This document shows positions 25,279 to 34,640 of a DNA stretch of 64,000 nt, in pieces. The notes below the pieces were generated by a model, which was given only the letters and a program-made list of their open reading frames with translations, was not told the origin of the DNA and ran no database searches. This DNA comes from Acidobacteriota bacterium (GTDB lineage: Bacteria; Acidobacteriota; Blastocatellia; Pyrinomonadales; Pyrinomonadaceae). The stretch lies in contig CP065003.1 of the NCBI GenBank assembly GCA_016700175.1, positions 1,805,238 to 1,869,237 on the forward strand, read 5' to 3'. Numbering within the stretch: position 1 is the stretch's first letter; the number at the start of each line of letters is the position of its first letter. Both the position numbers and the translations under genes were made by a program.

Positions 25279-26673
25279 TTAATCCTTCAGGCTCTCGACG
25301 ATCTTCTTCGAAAGCGCGTTCGCATCCCTCTTCACGGCCGCCTCGTCGAGGGTCAGAAGCCTGCGGTCGAGCATCACGATCCGGCCGTTGATGATAACGG
25401 TTTCGACGTCCGAGGATTTCGTCGCGTAGACGAGGTGCGAATAGATGTTGTAGAGCGGCGTCTGATGAAGGGAGCCGAGCCCCACGATCACGATGTCCGC
25501 AGCCTTACCCTCTTCCAACGAGCCGGTCCGGGCCGCGATGTGAAGGGCCCGCGCCCCGCCGATCGTCGCCATGGCGAACGCCTGCTGCGCAGAGACGACC
25601 TTCGGATCGCCGGAGAAGACCTTATGCAGTTTCGCCGCCGTATCCATTTCTTCCCACAGGCTCAGGTCGTTGTTCGAAGCAGGGCCGTCGGTCCCAAGGC
25701 CGACGTTCATCGACTTGGCGAGCATCGAGGGCACAGGCGCTACTCCCGCAGCGAGCTTCATGTTCGACTGAGGATTATGGGCGATCCCGACATTAGATTT
25801 TTTCAGGATGTCGAGATCGGCATCGTTCGCCTTGATCACGTGCGCGGCAATCGTCGGCCCGTCGAGCAGGCCGATCTTCGAGACGTACTCGACGGGCCGC
25901 ATATTCTTGTTCTCGCGGACGAAATCGACCTCGGACTGCGCTTCGGCGAGGTGTATGACGAGCGGGACCCCGTGCTTGTCGGCGAGCTCGCGCGTCGCCT
26001 TCAGATGCTCTTCCGAAACGGTGTAAGGAGCGTGAGGCGCGATCGCCGGCACGACCAGATCGTGTCCTTTCCACTTCTTCGCGAAGCGATCGGCATAGGC
26101 CATCGCGTCCGCCCAGGTCTTGTTGTCCGGCGCGGGAAAATCGATCAGCGTCTCGCCCAGAACTCCGCGTACGCCGGCTTTCGCGGTCTCTTCGGCGATG
26201 ACGTCCTCGAAGTAATACATATCGCAGTACGTCGTCGTACCGCCGCGGATAAGCTCGGCAAGCCCGAGCCGGGTGCCGATCCGTACCATCTCTTCGTTGA
26301 CGTTCTTCGCCTCCGCCGGAAAGATGTACTTCGTCAGCCACTCCTGAAGGTCGAGGTCGTCGGCGACGCCCCGGAAAACCGTCATAGGTATGTGCGTGTG
26401 GGTGTTGATCAGGCCCGGGATGATGACCTTGCCTGTGGCGTCGATCTTGTTCGAACTTACGTAGGCGGCGCGCACGGCCTTCTGCGTGTCGACATAAACG
26501 ATCCTCCCTTTGTCGACGGCGATCCCTCCATCCTCGATTACGCGCATTCCGCCGTCCATCGTGACGACCGTGCCGCCGAGGATCATGGTGTCGACCGCTT
26601 GCGGCTGGCCTGAAACCAGGGAAACCGCGGCGAACACAAACGCTGCCGAAAGTATTGATCTTAGGACAAACAT
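25279..26673 (-). CDS. amidohydrolase (MtaD/chlorohydrolase/nucleobase-deaminase-like) with signal peptide
   Basis: Metal motif GLINTHTHIP and the later HL/HN blocks. The N-terminal hydrophobic leader suggests export. Confidence 0.85.
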   Translation of the reverse strand: MFVLRSILSAAFVFAAVSLVSGQPQAVDTMILGGTVVTMDGGMRVIEDGGIAVDKGRIVYVDTQKAVRAAYVSSNKIDATGKVIIPGLINTHTHIPMTVFRGVADDLDLQEWLTKYIFPAEAKNVNEEMVRIGTRLGLAELIRGGTTTYCDMYYFEDVIAEETAKAGVRGVLGETLIDFPAPDNKTWADAMAYADRFAKKWKGHDLVVPAIAPHAPYTVSEEHLKATRELADKHGVPLVIHLAEAQSEVDFVRENKNMRPVEYVSKIGLLDGPTIAAHVIKANDADLDILKKSNVGIAHNPQSNMKLAAGVAPVPSMLAKSMNVGLGTDGPASNNDLSLWEEMDTAAKLHKVFSGDPKVVSAQQAFAMATIGGARALHIAARTGSLEEGKAADIVIVGLGSLHQTPLYNIYSHLVYATKSSDVETVIINGRIVMLDRRLLTLDEAAVKRDANALSKKIVESLKD

Positions 26674-26692
26674 ATCTTTAAGACTGAGACCG

Positions 26693-27091
26693 CTATGCCA
26701 GGAAGCTTCTGTCGAAGGCCTCCGGAAGGAGGTCTTTCATTTCGAAGGTTTCACGCAAGCCCTCAAGATTCGCCAGGACCACCGTTACGTTGCCGCACAT
26801 CTCCCAGATCACCTGGCGGCAGGCACCGCAGGGCGGGGTAAGGCGTTGAGCGCCCGTCACGACCGCGATAGATTCGAATTCCGAGACGCCTTCCGAAACG
26901 GCTTTGAATATCGCGACACGTTCGGCGCACATCGTGAGGCCGTACGTCGCCGATTCGACATTGCAGCCGGTGAAGATCTCGCCGTCTTTCGAGAGCAGCG
27001 CCGCTCCGACGCGGAATCCGGAGAACGGCGCGAACGCGTTCTCGCGGGCGGCTTGGGCGTCGGAGATCAGTTCTTCGGAGTTGACGGTCAT
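26693..27091 (-). CDS. cdd: cytidine deaminase
   Basis: Zinc motifs CAERVAIF and PCGACRQV. 132 aa. Confidence 0.9.
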   Translation of the reverse strand: MTVNSEELISDAQAARENAFAPFSGFRVGAALLSKDGEIFTGCNVESATYGLTMCAERVAIFKAVSEGVSEFESIAVVTGAQRLTPPCGACRQVIWEMCGNVTVVLANLEGLRETFEMKDLLPEAFDRSFLA

Positions 27092-27112
27092 TGATTTTTA
27101 GGATCTGGACGC

Positions 27113-27155
27113 GAGGTAACGCGAACTTCAGTTTGCGCCGCGCGAATGCGCGGAC
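27113..27155 (+). repeat. hairpin module B copy (loop GAAT)
   Basis: GAGGTAACGCGAACTTCAGTTTGCGCCGCGC-GAAT-GCGCGG. Confidence 0.93.
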
Positions 27156-27189
27156 CCGCTTTTCGATCTGCGGCTCATGCTCATACGCG

Positions 27190-27410
27190 CAATCGGATCG
27201 CGTAGCGATCGTTGACCTTAGCCGTGGGCTTCAGCCCACGGTGAGGCCGGAAAAACCCCCAAAGTCGCTTAGCGACGTTCCCAAATCGGAACTTGCAAGA
27301 TGCCGCCGCTAAAGCGGCTCGATGTTCTTGCGGAGCCCTTGTCCGTGGGTTGCGCCCTTCGGGCTTACCCACGGCTAAACTCACATGACCGCTACGCGGT
27401 CGCTTGACTT
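27190..27410. repeat. chain of short GC-rich hairpins
   Basis: GATCGC-GTA-GCGATC, CCGTGGGC-TTCA-GCCCACGG, GTCGC-TTA-GCGAC, GCCGC-TAAA-GCGGC, CCGTGGGT...ACCCACGG, GACCGC-TAC-GCGGTC. Confidence 0.85.
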
Positions 27411-27515
27411 CTGAACTCAGTCCTTTCCTCTCAGTACCGTCCTTCGCCCTTGCTGACGCGCGGGCTACGGACACGAACACGATCCTCCCATTGACCGTTG
27501 ATCGATGAGCATTGA

Positions 27516-28130
27516 TCATTGCTCGCCCCTGAGTTTCTCCCTTATCAACCCGCACAGGAGCTCGATCGTGATTCCTATCTGCGTGCCTTCCGGGATGATA
27601 ATGTCCGCCTGGCGCTTCGAAGGCTCGACGAACTCGTAGTGCATAGGCCGGATCGTCTTCTCGTACTGTTCGAGCGTCTGCTTCAGCGTCCTTCCCCGCT
27701 CGTCCATGTCGCGCCGGATCCTTCGCACGAGCCTGATGTCGTCGGGCGTATCGACAAACACCTTCAGGTCAAGGAATTCCAGAAGCCTCGGCTCGCTGAA
27801 GATCAGAATGCCCTCGACGATCGTCACGGTCCTCGGCGAGAGCTTGTCCGATTCCGGGAGTCGCGTGTGGGTCGTGAAATCGTACCTGGGGATCTCGACC
27901 GGGTATCCGTCGATAAGTCGTTTCAGGTGGTTGATCAGAAGATCGTTGTCGACCGCGTCCGGGTGGTCGAAGTTCGCCTGCCTGCGCTCGTCGAGCGGCA
28001 TGTCGGCGAGGTTCCTGTAATAGGAGTCTTGCTCGATCAAGTTGACGTTCTCCGCCCCGACCGATTCAACGATCTTGTTCGCGATCGTGGTTTTCCCCGA
28101 TCCTGTCCCTCCGCAGATCCCTATTATCAT
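27516..28130 (-). CDS. udk: uridine kinase
   Basis: P-loop GICGGTGSGKTT. Uridine kinase length and layout. 4-bp overlap with the upstream PNP gene. Confidence 0.9.
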   Translation of the reverse strand: MIIGICGGTGSGKTTIANKIVESVGAENVNLIEQDSYYRNLADMPLDERRQANFDHPDAVDNDLLINHLKRLIDGYPVEIPRYDFTTHTRLPESDKLSPRTVTIVEGILIFSEPRLLEFLDLKVFVDTPDDIRLVRRIRRDMDERGRTLKQTLEQYEKTIRPMHYEFVEPSKRQADIIIPEGTQIGITIELLCGLIREKLRGEQ

Positions 28131-29038
28131 CCCTGGCCCGCGCCCGCCGTGGTTGCGTCCCCCTCGTCCGCCGCAGTCTCGTCGCCGAGCCGCCTGATTA
28201 TCCTCTTAAGAAGCTTCTGGAACACCTTCGCGGCCTTGTCTCCGGCTTCCATCACCTCGCTGTGGTCGATCTCTTCGCCCGTGATCCCCGCCGCGAGATT
28301 GCTTATGCACGAGATCCCAAGCACCCGCATTCCCATGTGCCTCGCCGTTATCGCCTCGGGTACGGTGCTCATCCCGACCGCGGTCGCGCCCAGCTGACGG
28401 TACATACGTATCTCGGAAGGCGTTTCGTAATTCGGCCCCGAAAGCGCGCAGTAAACTCCACGCCGAAGAAGGGTCTTGATCTTCTTCGTTTTTCCTTTCT
28501 CATAACGCTTTTCCGCGATCGCGTTGGCTTCTTGCTTCGCGATCCTCTGAAGCTCGATGTCGTAGACGTGCGTCATGTCGGGAAATCTCGGGCCGAACCG
28601 CTCGTCGTTCTCCCCGCGGAGAGGGCTGACGCCCATCAGGTTTATGTGGTCCCGGATCAGCATCAGCCGGCCCCGCTTGAAGGTCGTAAGCACGCTTCCC
28701 GCCGCGTTGGTGAGGATCACCGTCTCCACACCGAGGACGCCGAAAACCCGCATCGGAAGAACGACGTCCTTGATGTCGTAGCCCTCGTAGTAATGGAACC
28801 GGCCCTGCTGGATCGCGACCGACACGTTTCCGATCTTCCCAAGGACGAGCCGGCCCGCGTGGCCCTCGACGGTCGAGACCGGGAAATGCGGGATCTCGTC
28901 GTAGGGGATCTTCACCGCGTCCTCGACGAGCTCCGCGAACGCGCCGAGTCCGGAACCCAGCACGAGCGCGACGTCGATCTCGTGCGGATACCTTTTCCTT
29001 ATGTATTCGGCTGCTTCAGATGCGCGTTCGTATTGCAT
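28127..29038 (-). CDS. purine nucleoside phosphorylase (PNP/MTAP family)
   Basis: PNP family blocks (GSGLG..., STVEGHAGRLV, MSTVPE). Lies inside the nucleoside cluster. Confidence 0.88.
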   Translation of the reverse strand: MQYERASEAAEYIRKRYPHEIDVALVLGSGLGAFAELVEDAVKIPYDEIPHFPVSTVEGHAGRLVLGKIGNVSVAIQQGRFHYYEGYDIKDVVLPMRVFGVLGVETVILTNAAGSVLTTFKRGRLMLIRDHINLMGVSPLRGENDERFGPRFPDMTHVYDIELQRIAKQEANAIAEKRYEKGKTKKIKTLLRRGVYCALSGPNYETPSEIRMYRQLGATAVGMSTVPEAITARHMGMRVLGISCISNLAAGITGEEIDHSEVMEAGDKAAKVFQKLLKRIIRRLGDETAADEGDATTAGAGQG

Positions 29039-29063
29039 TAAAGAATCTCCGGCTGTCGATACT

Positions 29064-29981
29064 TCACTTTTCCTTTCGATACGGGATTCCGAGCGCCTTC
29101 GGCGCCCGAGAGAGCCCTATGAAACCCGCGAGCACTATTATTGTAAGCACGTACGGGATGATCTCTATGAACTGCACCGGGATGCTCTCGCCGCCCGGGA
29201 GCTTGGCCCACGGCGCGCCCTGCAACTGGATCGCGAGAGCCTCCGTGAAACCGAAGAAAAGACAAGCGCCCAAAACGTGGAACGGCCTCCATTTCGCGAG
29301 GATGAGAGCCGCCAACGCGATAAATCCTTTTCCCGCGCTCATTCCTTTCGTAAAGAAAGACGACTGCCCGATCGCAAGATACGCCCCGCCGGCGGCGGCG
29401 AGCACGCCGCTGAGGATGACCCCCAGATATCTCATCCGCAGCACCTTAACGCCCGCGGCATCCGCGGCTTCCGGATTCTCGCCTACGGCCCTGATCCTGA
29501 GCCCGAAGGGAGTCTTGAAAAGCACGTACCAACAAACAGGCACAAGCGCGAAGGCGAGCATTGAGGCAACGTTCAGGCGCGCGAACTCGGGGAGCAGATA
29601 CTCCTTTGCGATCTGTTCGGTCGATCCGGCGGCGCCGTAGATCGCACCCGAAAGAAGCGCAGGAACGCCGAGCATAAGGATGTTGATCCCGAATCCCGCC
29701 ACAACCTGGTCGGCCTCGAACTTGATCACCGACACGGCGAAGATCGAAGCCAGCAGCGCCCCGGCGACAAGCGCCGTCAGAAAACCGACATATGGATTGC
29801 TAAGTTCGTACGTGACAACCGCCGCGGTGAACGCGCCGCCAAGCATCAGCCCCTCAAGCGCGATGTTGATCACACCCGAACGCTCGGAGAACATTCCCCC
29901 GAGCGCGGCGAAGATCATAGGCGTCGCAAGTCGGATCGCCGAAAAGATCAGGATAGTGAGTGTGACAAATACTTCGTCCAT
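29064..29981 (-). CDS. ABC transporter permease, nucleoside/BMP-type (NupQ/YufQ-like)
   Basis: ATPMIFAALGGMFSERSGVINIALEGLM is typical of this permease family. Multi-TM. Confidence 0.85.
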   Translation of the reverse strand: MDEVFVTLTILIFSAIRLATPMIFAALGGMFSERSGVINIALEGLMLGGAFTAAVVTYELSNPYVGFLTALVAGALLASIFAVSVIKFEADQVVAGFGINILMLGVPALLSGAIYGAAGSTEQIAKEYLLPEFARLNVASMLAFALVPVCWYVLFKTPFGLRIRAVGENPEAADAAGVKVLRMRYLGVILSGVLAAAGGAYLAIGQSSFFTKGMSAGKGFIALAALILAKWRPFHVLGACLFFGFTEALAIQLQGAPWAKLPGGESIPVQFIEIIPYVLTIIVLAGFIGLSRAPKALGIPYRKEK

Positions 29982-29989
29982 CTAACGCC

Positions 29990-31075
29990 TTATTTCGAGT
30001 ACTTCTGCAATGAAGCCACGAACAGGATGATGATCGCCTGCAGGACCTCAACAAGGTCCTTCGAAACGTATTCGGTGAAAGCATCAACGAAGATCCCTCC
30101 CCGGAGCAGCATTCCGAAGAAGATCGCCGCGAGGAGAACACCAAAAGGGTGGTTCCTTCCGAGGAGCGCGACGGCGATCCCCCAGAATCCCCACTCTGCG
30201 GAGAACCCGTGATAGTAGTTGTGCCTGAATCCGAGCACCTCGCCGATCGCGACCATTCCGGCAAGCGCGCCGGAGATCGTCATCGCGACCATGATCTGCT
30301 TCTTCGGCGAGATCCCGCCGTATTCCGCCGCCGAAGGATTCTCGCCGACCGCCCTCAGCTCGTAGCCCCACTTCGTTTTCCAAAGGAAAACGTACATCGC
30401 AAAGCACATCAAGATCGCGAGCAGGAACGCGACGTTCAGCGGAACGTCCGGGGGAACAAACGGCAGGAACGTGTGAAGCTGGGGGATCGTCGCGGCGTCG
30501 CCTATCGGCGCAGTCTGGAGGATAGGATCGCCCGGAATCTTGTAGTAGTACTGAGTGAAATAGCTGACAAGCCCGATCGCGATGAAGTTGAGCATGATCG
30601 TGTTGATCACCTCGTGCGATCCGAACCTTGCCTTCAGATATCCGGGGATGAAACCCCAGAAGCCTCCGACGATCACTGCCGCGGCTATGCAGAAAGGAAT
30701 AAGAAAGATCGCCGGCAAGCTGATCCAGGACCAGTCCTGCGCGACGCCGTTGACGTTCACGATTGTGCCGCCGAACTTTATCCCGACCCAGGCGGCAGCG
30801 AAGGCGGCGACGTAGAGCTGGCCCTCGGCGCCTATGTTCAGAAGCCCGCACCGGAACGCGATCGCGACGGCCAGTCCTGTGAAGATAAGGGGGGTCGCGT
30901 AGTGGAGCGTTTCGAAGACGCCCTTTCGCGAGATGAAGGAATTTTCGACGAGCAGCCGGAAGGTGGTGAACGGATCGTCACCGATCAGAAAGATGATCAC
31001 GCCGCCGATCACAAATGCCGCCGCGACGGCGATCAGCGGGTACAGTGCTTCGCGAAGGATCTTCATTCCCTGCAA
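29990..31075 (-). CDS. ABC transporter permease, nucleoside/BMP-type (NupP/YufP-like)
   Basis: ATPLIFTGLAVAIAFRCGLLNIGAEGQ block. Multi-TM. Confidence 0.85.
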   Translation of the reverse strand: MQGMKILREALYPLIAVAAAFVIGGVIIFLIGDDPFTTFRLLVENSFISRKGVFETLHYATPLIFTGLAVAIAFRCGLLNIGAEGQLYVAAFAAAWVGIKFGGTIVNVNGVAQDWSWISLPAIFLIPFCIAAAVIVGGFWGFIPGYLKARFGSHEVINTIMLNFIAIGLVSYFTQYYYKIPGDPILQTAPIGDAATIPQLHTFLPFVPPDVPLNVAFLLAILMCFAMYVFLWKTKWGYELRAVGENPSAAEYGGISPKKQIMVAMTISGALAGMVAIGEVLGFRHNYYHGFSAEWGFWGIAVALLGRNHPFGVLLAAIFFGMLLRGGIFVDAFTEYVSKDLVEVLQAIIILFVASLQKYSK

Positions 31076-31237
31076 GAGGACAAGGTCTCAGCGCCGGATC
31101 CGGTCCGGCGAACCGCTCTGATTTTCGGAATTTGTCGGATTGATGCGCTGTAAATATAACCCCATTAACGACTTTATGCCACCCCGAACCTCGAAAAAAA
31201 CCTTCGAAAATGTCCAAAATTATAGGCTAAACCATAC

Positions 31238-31266
31238 TTGACAACTTCACACTCAGGTTTTATTAT
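31238..31266 (+). promoter_or_regulatory. sigma-70-like promoter upstream of hsp20
   Basis: TTGACA (31238-31243), exactly 17 nt, then TATTAT (31261-31266). Lies 70 nt upstream of the hsp20 ATG. Confidence 0.55.
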
Positions 31267-31273
31267 GCACAAA

Positions 31274-31323
31274 GACTAAGCAATTAGTTCTTTTCGTCAC
31301 GAAACCTAAAGAAATTTTTTAGG
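31274..31323 (+). promoter_or_regulatory. hsp20 5' leader hairpins (candidate RNA thermometer)
   Basis: GACUAA-GCAA-UUAGUU hairpin at 31274-31289. CCUAAA (31305-31310) can pair with UUUAGG (31318-31323), which covers the first half of the AGGAGG Shine-Dalgarno. Confidence 0.3.
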
Positions 31324-31335
31324 AGGAGAATAAGA

Positions 31336-31836
31336 ATGAGTATCATTAAGTACGACCCGTTTCGCGAATTGAGAAGCCTTCAGGACGAGATGAACCGTTT
31401 GTTTATGACGAACGTTCCCCGAAGCGTCGCTCAGGAAGACCTGGCGAGCGGAGGATGGTCGCCGAGTGTGGATATTTACGAAAGCGAGAACGAGATCATC
31501 CTCGAAGCCGAGCTTCCGGGTATGAAGCGCGACGATTTTGAGGTCTCCATCGAGAACAACGTGATCACCCTCAAGGGCAAGCGCGAGTTCGAGAAGAAAG
31601 AAGAAGGTGACAACTACCACCGCGTCGAGCGCTCATACGGCGCTTTCACAAGGTCGTTCAGCCTTCCGAGAACGGTCTCCGCAGAAAACACGACCGCGGA
31701 CTTCCGCAACGGTGTCCTCAAGGTGACGCTTCCGAAGAGAGAAGAGGCGAAGGCAAGGCGGATCGAGGTTGCCGGTGAAGGCGAAGATGCGAAGGCGATC
31801 GACACTGAAGTCAAGTCCGATACGGCCAATGCCTGA
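31336..31836 (+). CDS. Hsp20/alpha-crystallin small heat-shock protein
   Basis: Alpha-crystallin domain (SPSVDIYESENEIILEAELPGM..., GVLKVTLPK). AGGAGG Shine-Dalgarno 9 nt upstream. Confidence 0.92.
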   Translation: MSIIKYDPFRELRSLQDEMNRLFMTNVPRSVAQEDLASGGWSPSVDIYESENEIILEAELPGMKRDDFEVSIENNVITLKGKREFEKKEEGDNYHRVERSYGAFTRSFSLPRTVSAENTTADFRNGVLKVTLPKREEAKARRIEVAGEGEDAKAIDTEVKSDTANA

Positions 31837-31894
31837 CGGCGGGGCCGCATCGGTAAATGCCGCGGGCTTGCGCGTGGTGCTATAGGTTTATTCC

Positions 31895-31930
31895 AAAGAA
31901 GGGCAGGCTTTCGTCCTGCCCTTCTTTTTC
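31895..31930 (+). terminator. intrinsic terminator after hsp20
   Basis: 13-bp perfect stem AAAGAAGGGCAGG / CCTGCCCTTCTTT with a 7-nt loop, running into a T-tract. Ends 10 nt before the clpB ATG. Confidence 0.7.
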
Positions 31931-31939
31931 GAGGATACG

Positions 31940-34534
31940 ATGAGATTCGACAGATTCACTATCCGCGGCCAGGAGGCCGTCCAACAGGCGATCGGCGTTG
32001 CCGAGCGCAATGAGAACCAGCAGGTCGAACCCGAGCACCTGCTCGTCTCGATGCTTGAACAGCAGGAAGGCGTGGTCAAACCTATCCTCGGGAAGATCGG
32101 CGCAAAACCTGAGAACATCGTTCCCGAGCTCCAGGGCGCGATCAATTCACTTCCCAAGGTCAAAGGCGGCCAGCAGTATTTCAGCACTCGCGTCAACGCG
32201 ATCTTTCAGGACGCCCAGAAGGAGGCGGAGTCGATGCAGGACGAGTACGTATCGACCGAGCACCTGCTGATGGTCATCGCCGGCGAGAAGGAAGGCGACG
32301 CCGCGCGCATCCTGAAGGAAAACGGGGTCTCTAAAGAAGACGTCAGGAAGGTCGTCGAAGAGATGCGCGGCGGATCGAGGATCACCGACCAGAACGCCGA
32401 AGAGAACTTCCAGGCGCTTGAGAAATACGCCCAGGACCTGACCGATCTCGCCCGAAAGGGCAAGCTCGATCCGGTCATCGGCCGCGACGACGAGATCCGC
32501 CGCACGATCCAGATCCTTTCCAGGCGACGAAAGAACAATCCAGTCCTGATCGGCGAGCCCGGCGTCGGCAAGACCGCCATTGTCGAGGGACTGGCGCAGA
32601 GGATCGTTTCCGGCGACATTCCCGAAACCCTCAAGAACAAGAGGCTTGTCGGTCTCGATCTCGGCGCGATGCTCGCAGGCGCGAAATACAGGGGCGAGTT
32701 CGAAGACCGCCTGAAAGCCGTACTGAAGGAGATCGAAAGGTCCGACGGTCAGATCATTCTTTTCATCGACGAACTTCACACGCTTGTCGGCGCAGGCGCT
32801 TCCGAAGGCGCGATCGACGCTTCGAACATGCTCAAGCCCGCATTGGCGCGCGGCACGCTGAAGGCCGTCGGAGCGACCACTCTTAACGAATATCAGAAGT
32901 ACATCGAAAAGGATGCGGCGCTCGAACGAAGGTTCCAGCAGGTCTACGTTTCAGAGCCAAGCGTCGAAGACACGATCTCGATACTTCGCGGGCTTAAGGA
33001 GAAGTACGAGGTGCACCACGGCGTGCGGATCAAGGACTCGGCGATAATCGCCGCCGCAAACCTTTCGCACCGTTATATCGCAGACAGGTTTCTTCCGGAC
33101 AAGGCGATCGACCTGATCGACGAGGCCGCGTCGCAACTTCGGATCGAGATCGATTCGCTTCCGCAGGAGATCGACGAGCTCGAGCGCGAGATACTCCAGC
33201 TCGAGATCGAGAAACAGGCGCTCGGCCGCGAGGAGGACAAGGCTTCGAAGGAGCACCTTTCCGACATCGAGCGAAGGATCGCCGATCTGCAGGAGAAATC
33301 CTCGGCGATGAAAGCGAAATGGAAGTCCGAGAAGGCCGAGATCGAGAAAATGCGCGCCGCTAAGACGGAACTCGAGCAGGCGAAGCTCGAGCTCGAACAG
33401 TCGCGCCAGAAGGGCGATCTGAACCGCGCCGCGGAGCTTCAGTACGGCCGCATTCCCGAGCTTGAGAAACAGCTGGGAGAGGAACAGGACAGGCTCGCCG
33501 AGCTCCAGGAAGACGGCGTGATGCTGAAAGAAGAGGTTACCGAAGAGGACGTCGCAGAGATCGTCGCCAAATGGACCGGTATACCTGTCTCGAAGATGCT
33601 CGAGGGCGAGATGCAGAAGCTTCTCAAGATGGAGGACAATCTCCGCCGAAGGGTCATCGGCCAGGATGAGGGATTGCTCGCGGTAGCGAACGCGGTCAGG
33701 CGTTCGCGCGCTGGGCTCCAGGATCCGAACCGCCCGATCGGCTCGTTCATTTTCCTGGGCCCGACCGGCGTCGGAAAAACAGAGACCGCGCGTGCCCTCG
33801 CCGAATTCCTTTTCGACGACGAGCGCGCGCTGCTAAGGCTCGACATGTCGGAGTATATGGAGAAGCACGCGGTGGCGAGGATGATCGGGGCTCCTCCGGG
33901 TTACGTCGGATACGAGGAGGGAGGCCAGCTTACCGAGGCCGTTCGCAGAAGGCCGTATTCGGTCGTCCTCTTCGACGAGATCGAAAAGGCGCATCCGGAT
34001 GTCTTCAATATTTTGCTTCAGATCCTCGACGACGGCCGCTTGACCGATTCGAAAGGCAGGACGGTGGACTTCAAAAACACCGTGCTGATAATGACATCGA
34101 ACCTCGGCTCGCGCGAGATCCAGCAGTCCGAGCTGGTCGACACGCCTGTCAAGGATATGGTGATGGACGTGCTCCGAAGCCACTTCCGGCCGGAATTCCT
34201 GAACCGCATCGACGATATCGTCGTGTTCAGCCAGCTCTCGAAGGAACAGCTCGCGGACATCATCGACGTCCAGATCAGGCGTTTGCAGAAACTGCTCGCC
34301 GACAAGAACCTCTCGATCGTGCTTGAGGATTCCGCGAAGGCGCTGCTGATCGAAGAAGGCTATGATCCGAACTTCGGGGCAAGGCCTCTGAAGAGGGCGA
34401 TCCAGACGATGATCCAGAACCCCCTGGCTGTGAAACTGCTGGAGGGAGCCATCCAGGGCGGACAGACAGTAAGGGTCTCCGCCAAGGACGGCGAGATGGT
34501 GTTTACACCCGAGTCGGCGACCGCTGCCGCGTAA
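31940..34534 (+). CDS. clpB: ATP-dependent chaperone ClpB
   Basis: Two AAA+ modules (GEPGVGKTA and GPTGVGKTE), a coiled-coil middle domain, 864 aa. Confidence 0.97.
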   Translation: MRFDRFTIRGQEAVQQAIGVAERNENQQVEPEHLLVSMLEQQEGVVKPILGKIGAKPENIVPELQGAINSLPKVKGGQQYFSTRVNAIFQDAQKEAESMQDEYVSTEHLLMVIAGEKEGDAARILKENGVSKEDVRKVVEEMRGGSRITDQNAEENFQALEKYAQDLTDLARKGKLDPVIGRDDEIRRTIQILSRRRKNNPVLIGEPGVGKTAIVEGLAQRIVSGDIPETLKNKRLVGLDLGAMLAGAKYRGEFEDRLKAVLKEIERSDGQIILFIDELHTLVGAGASEGAIDASNMLKPALARGTLKAVGATTLNEYQKYIEKDAALERRFQQVYVSEPSVEDTISILRGLKEKYEVHHGVRIKDSAIIAAANLSHRYIADRFLPDKAIDLIDEAASQLRIEIDSLPQEIDELEREILQLEIEKQALGREEDKASKEHLSDIERRIADLQEKSSAMKAKWKSEKAEIEKMRAAKTELEQAKLELEQSRQKGDLNRAAELQYGRIPELEKQLGEEQDRLAELQEDGVMLKEEVTEEDVAEIVAKWTGIPVSKMLEGEMQKLLKMEDNLRRRVIGQDEGLLAVANAVRRSRAGLQDPNRPIGSFIFLGPTGVGKTETARALAEFLFDDERALLRLDMSEYMEKHAVARMIGAPPGYVGYEEGGQLTEAVRRRPYSVVLFDEIEKAHPDVFNILLQILDDGRLTDSKGRTVDFKNTVLIMTSNLGSREIQQSELVDTPVKDMVMDVLRSHFRPEFLNRIDDIVVFSQLSKEQLADIIDVQIRRLQKLLADKNLSIVLEDSAKALLIEEGYDPNFGARPLKRAIQTMIQNPLAVKLLEGAIQGGQTVRVSAKDGEMVFTPESATAAA

Positions 34535-34564
34535 ACCGCACACGGGGTCATGTGTATGGCGTGC

Positions 34565-34596
34565 CGCCGCGATAGTCTGTTATGCTTGTCGCGGCG
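34565..34596 (+). terminator. possible hairpin terminator after clpB
   Basis: CGCCGCGA / TCGCGGCG 8-bp stem with a 16-nt loop, followed by T-rich TTCGCTATTTATT. The large loop makes this weak. Confidence 0.3.
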
Positions 34597-34640
34597 TTCG
34601 CTATTTATTAATTTAAGGAAAAAATCGATCAGAAAGTCAT

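Noticed and set aside
31237-31257. HspR-type HAIR operator (CTTGACA-N7-ACTCAGG versus consensus CTTGAGT-N7-ACTCAAG) overlapping the hsp20 -35 box.
   Set aside because: It matches 11 of 14 consensus positions, but the two halves are poor inverted repeats of each other. No hspR gene is in the window, and the left half is explained by the TTGACA -35 element.
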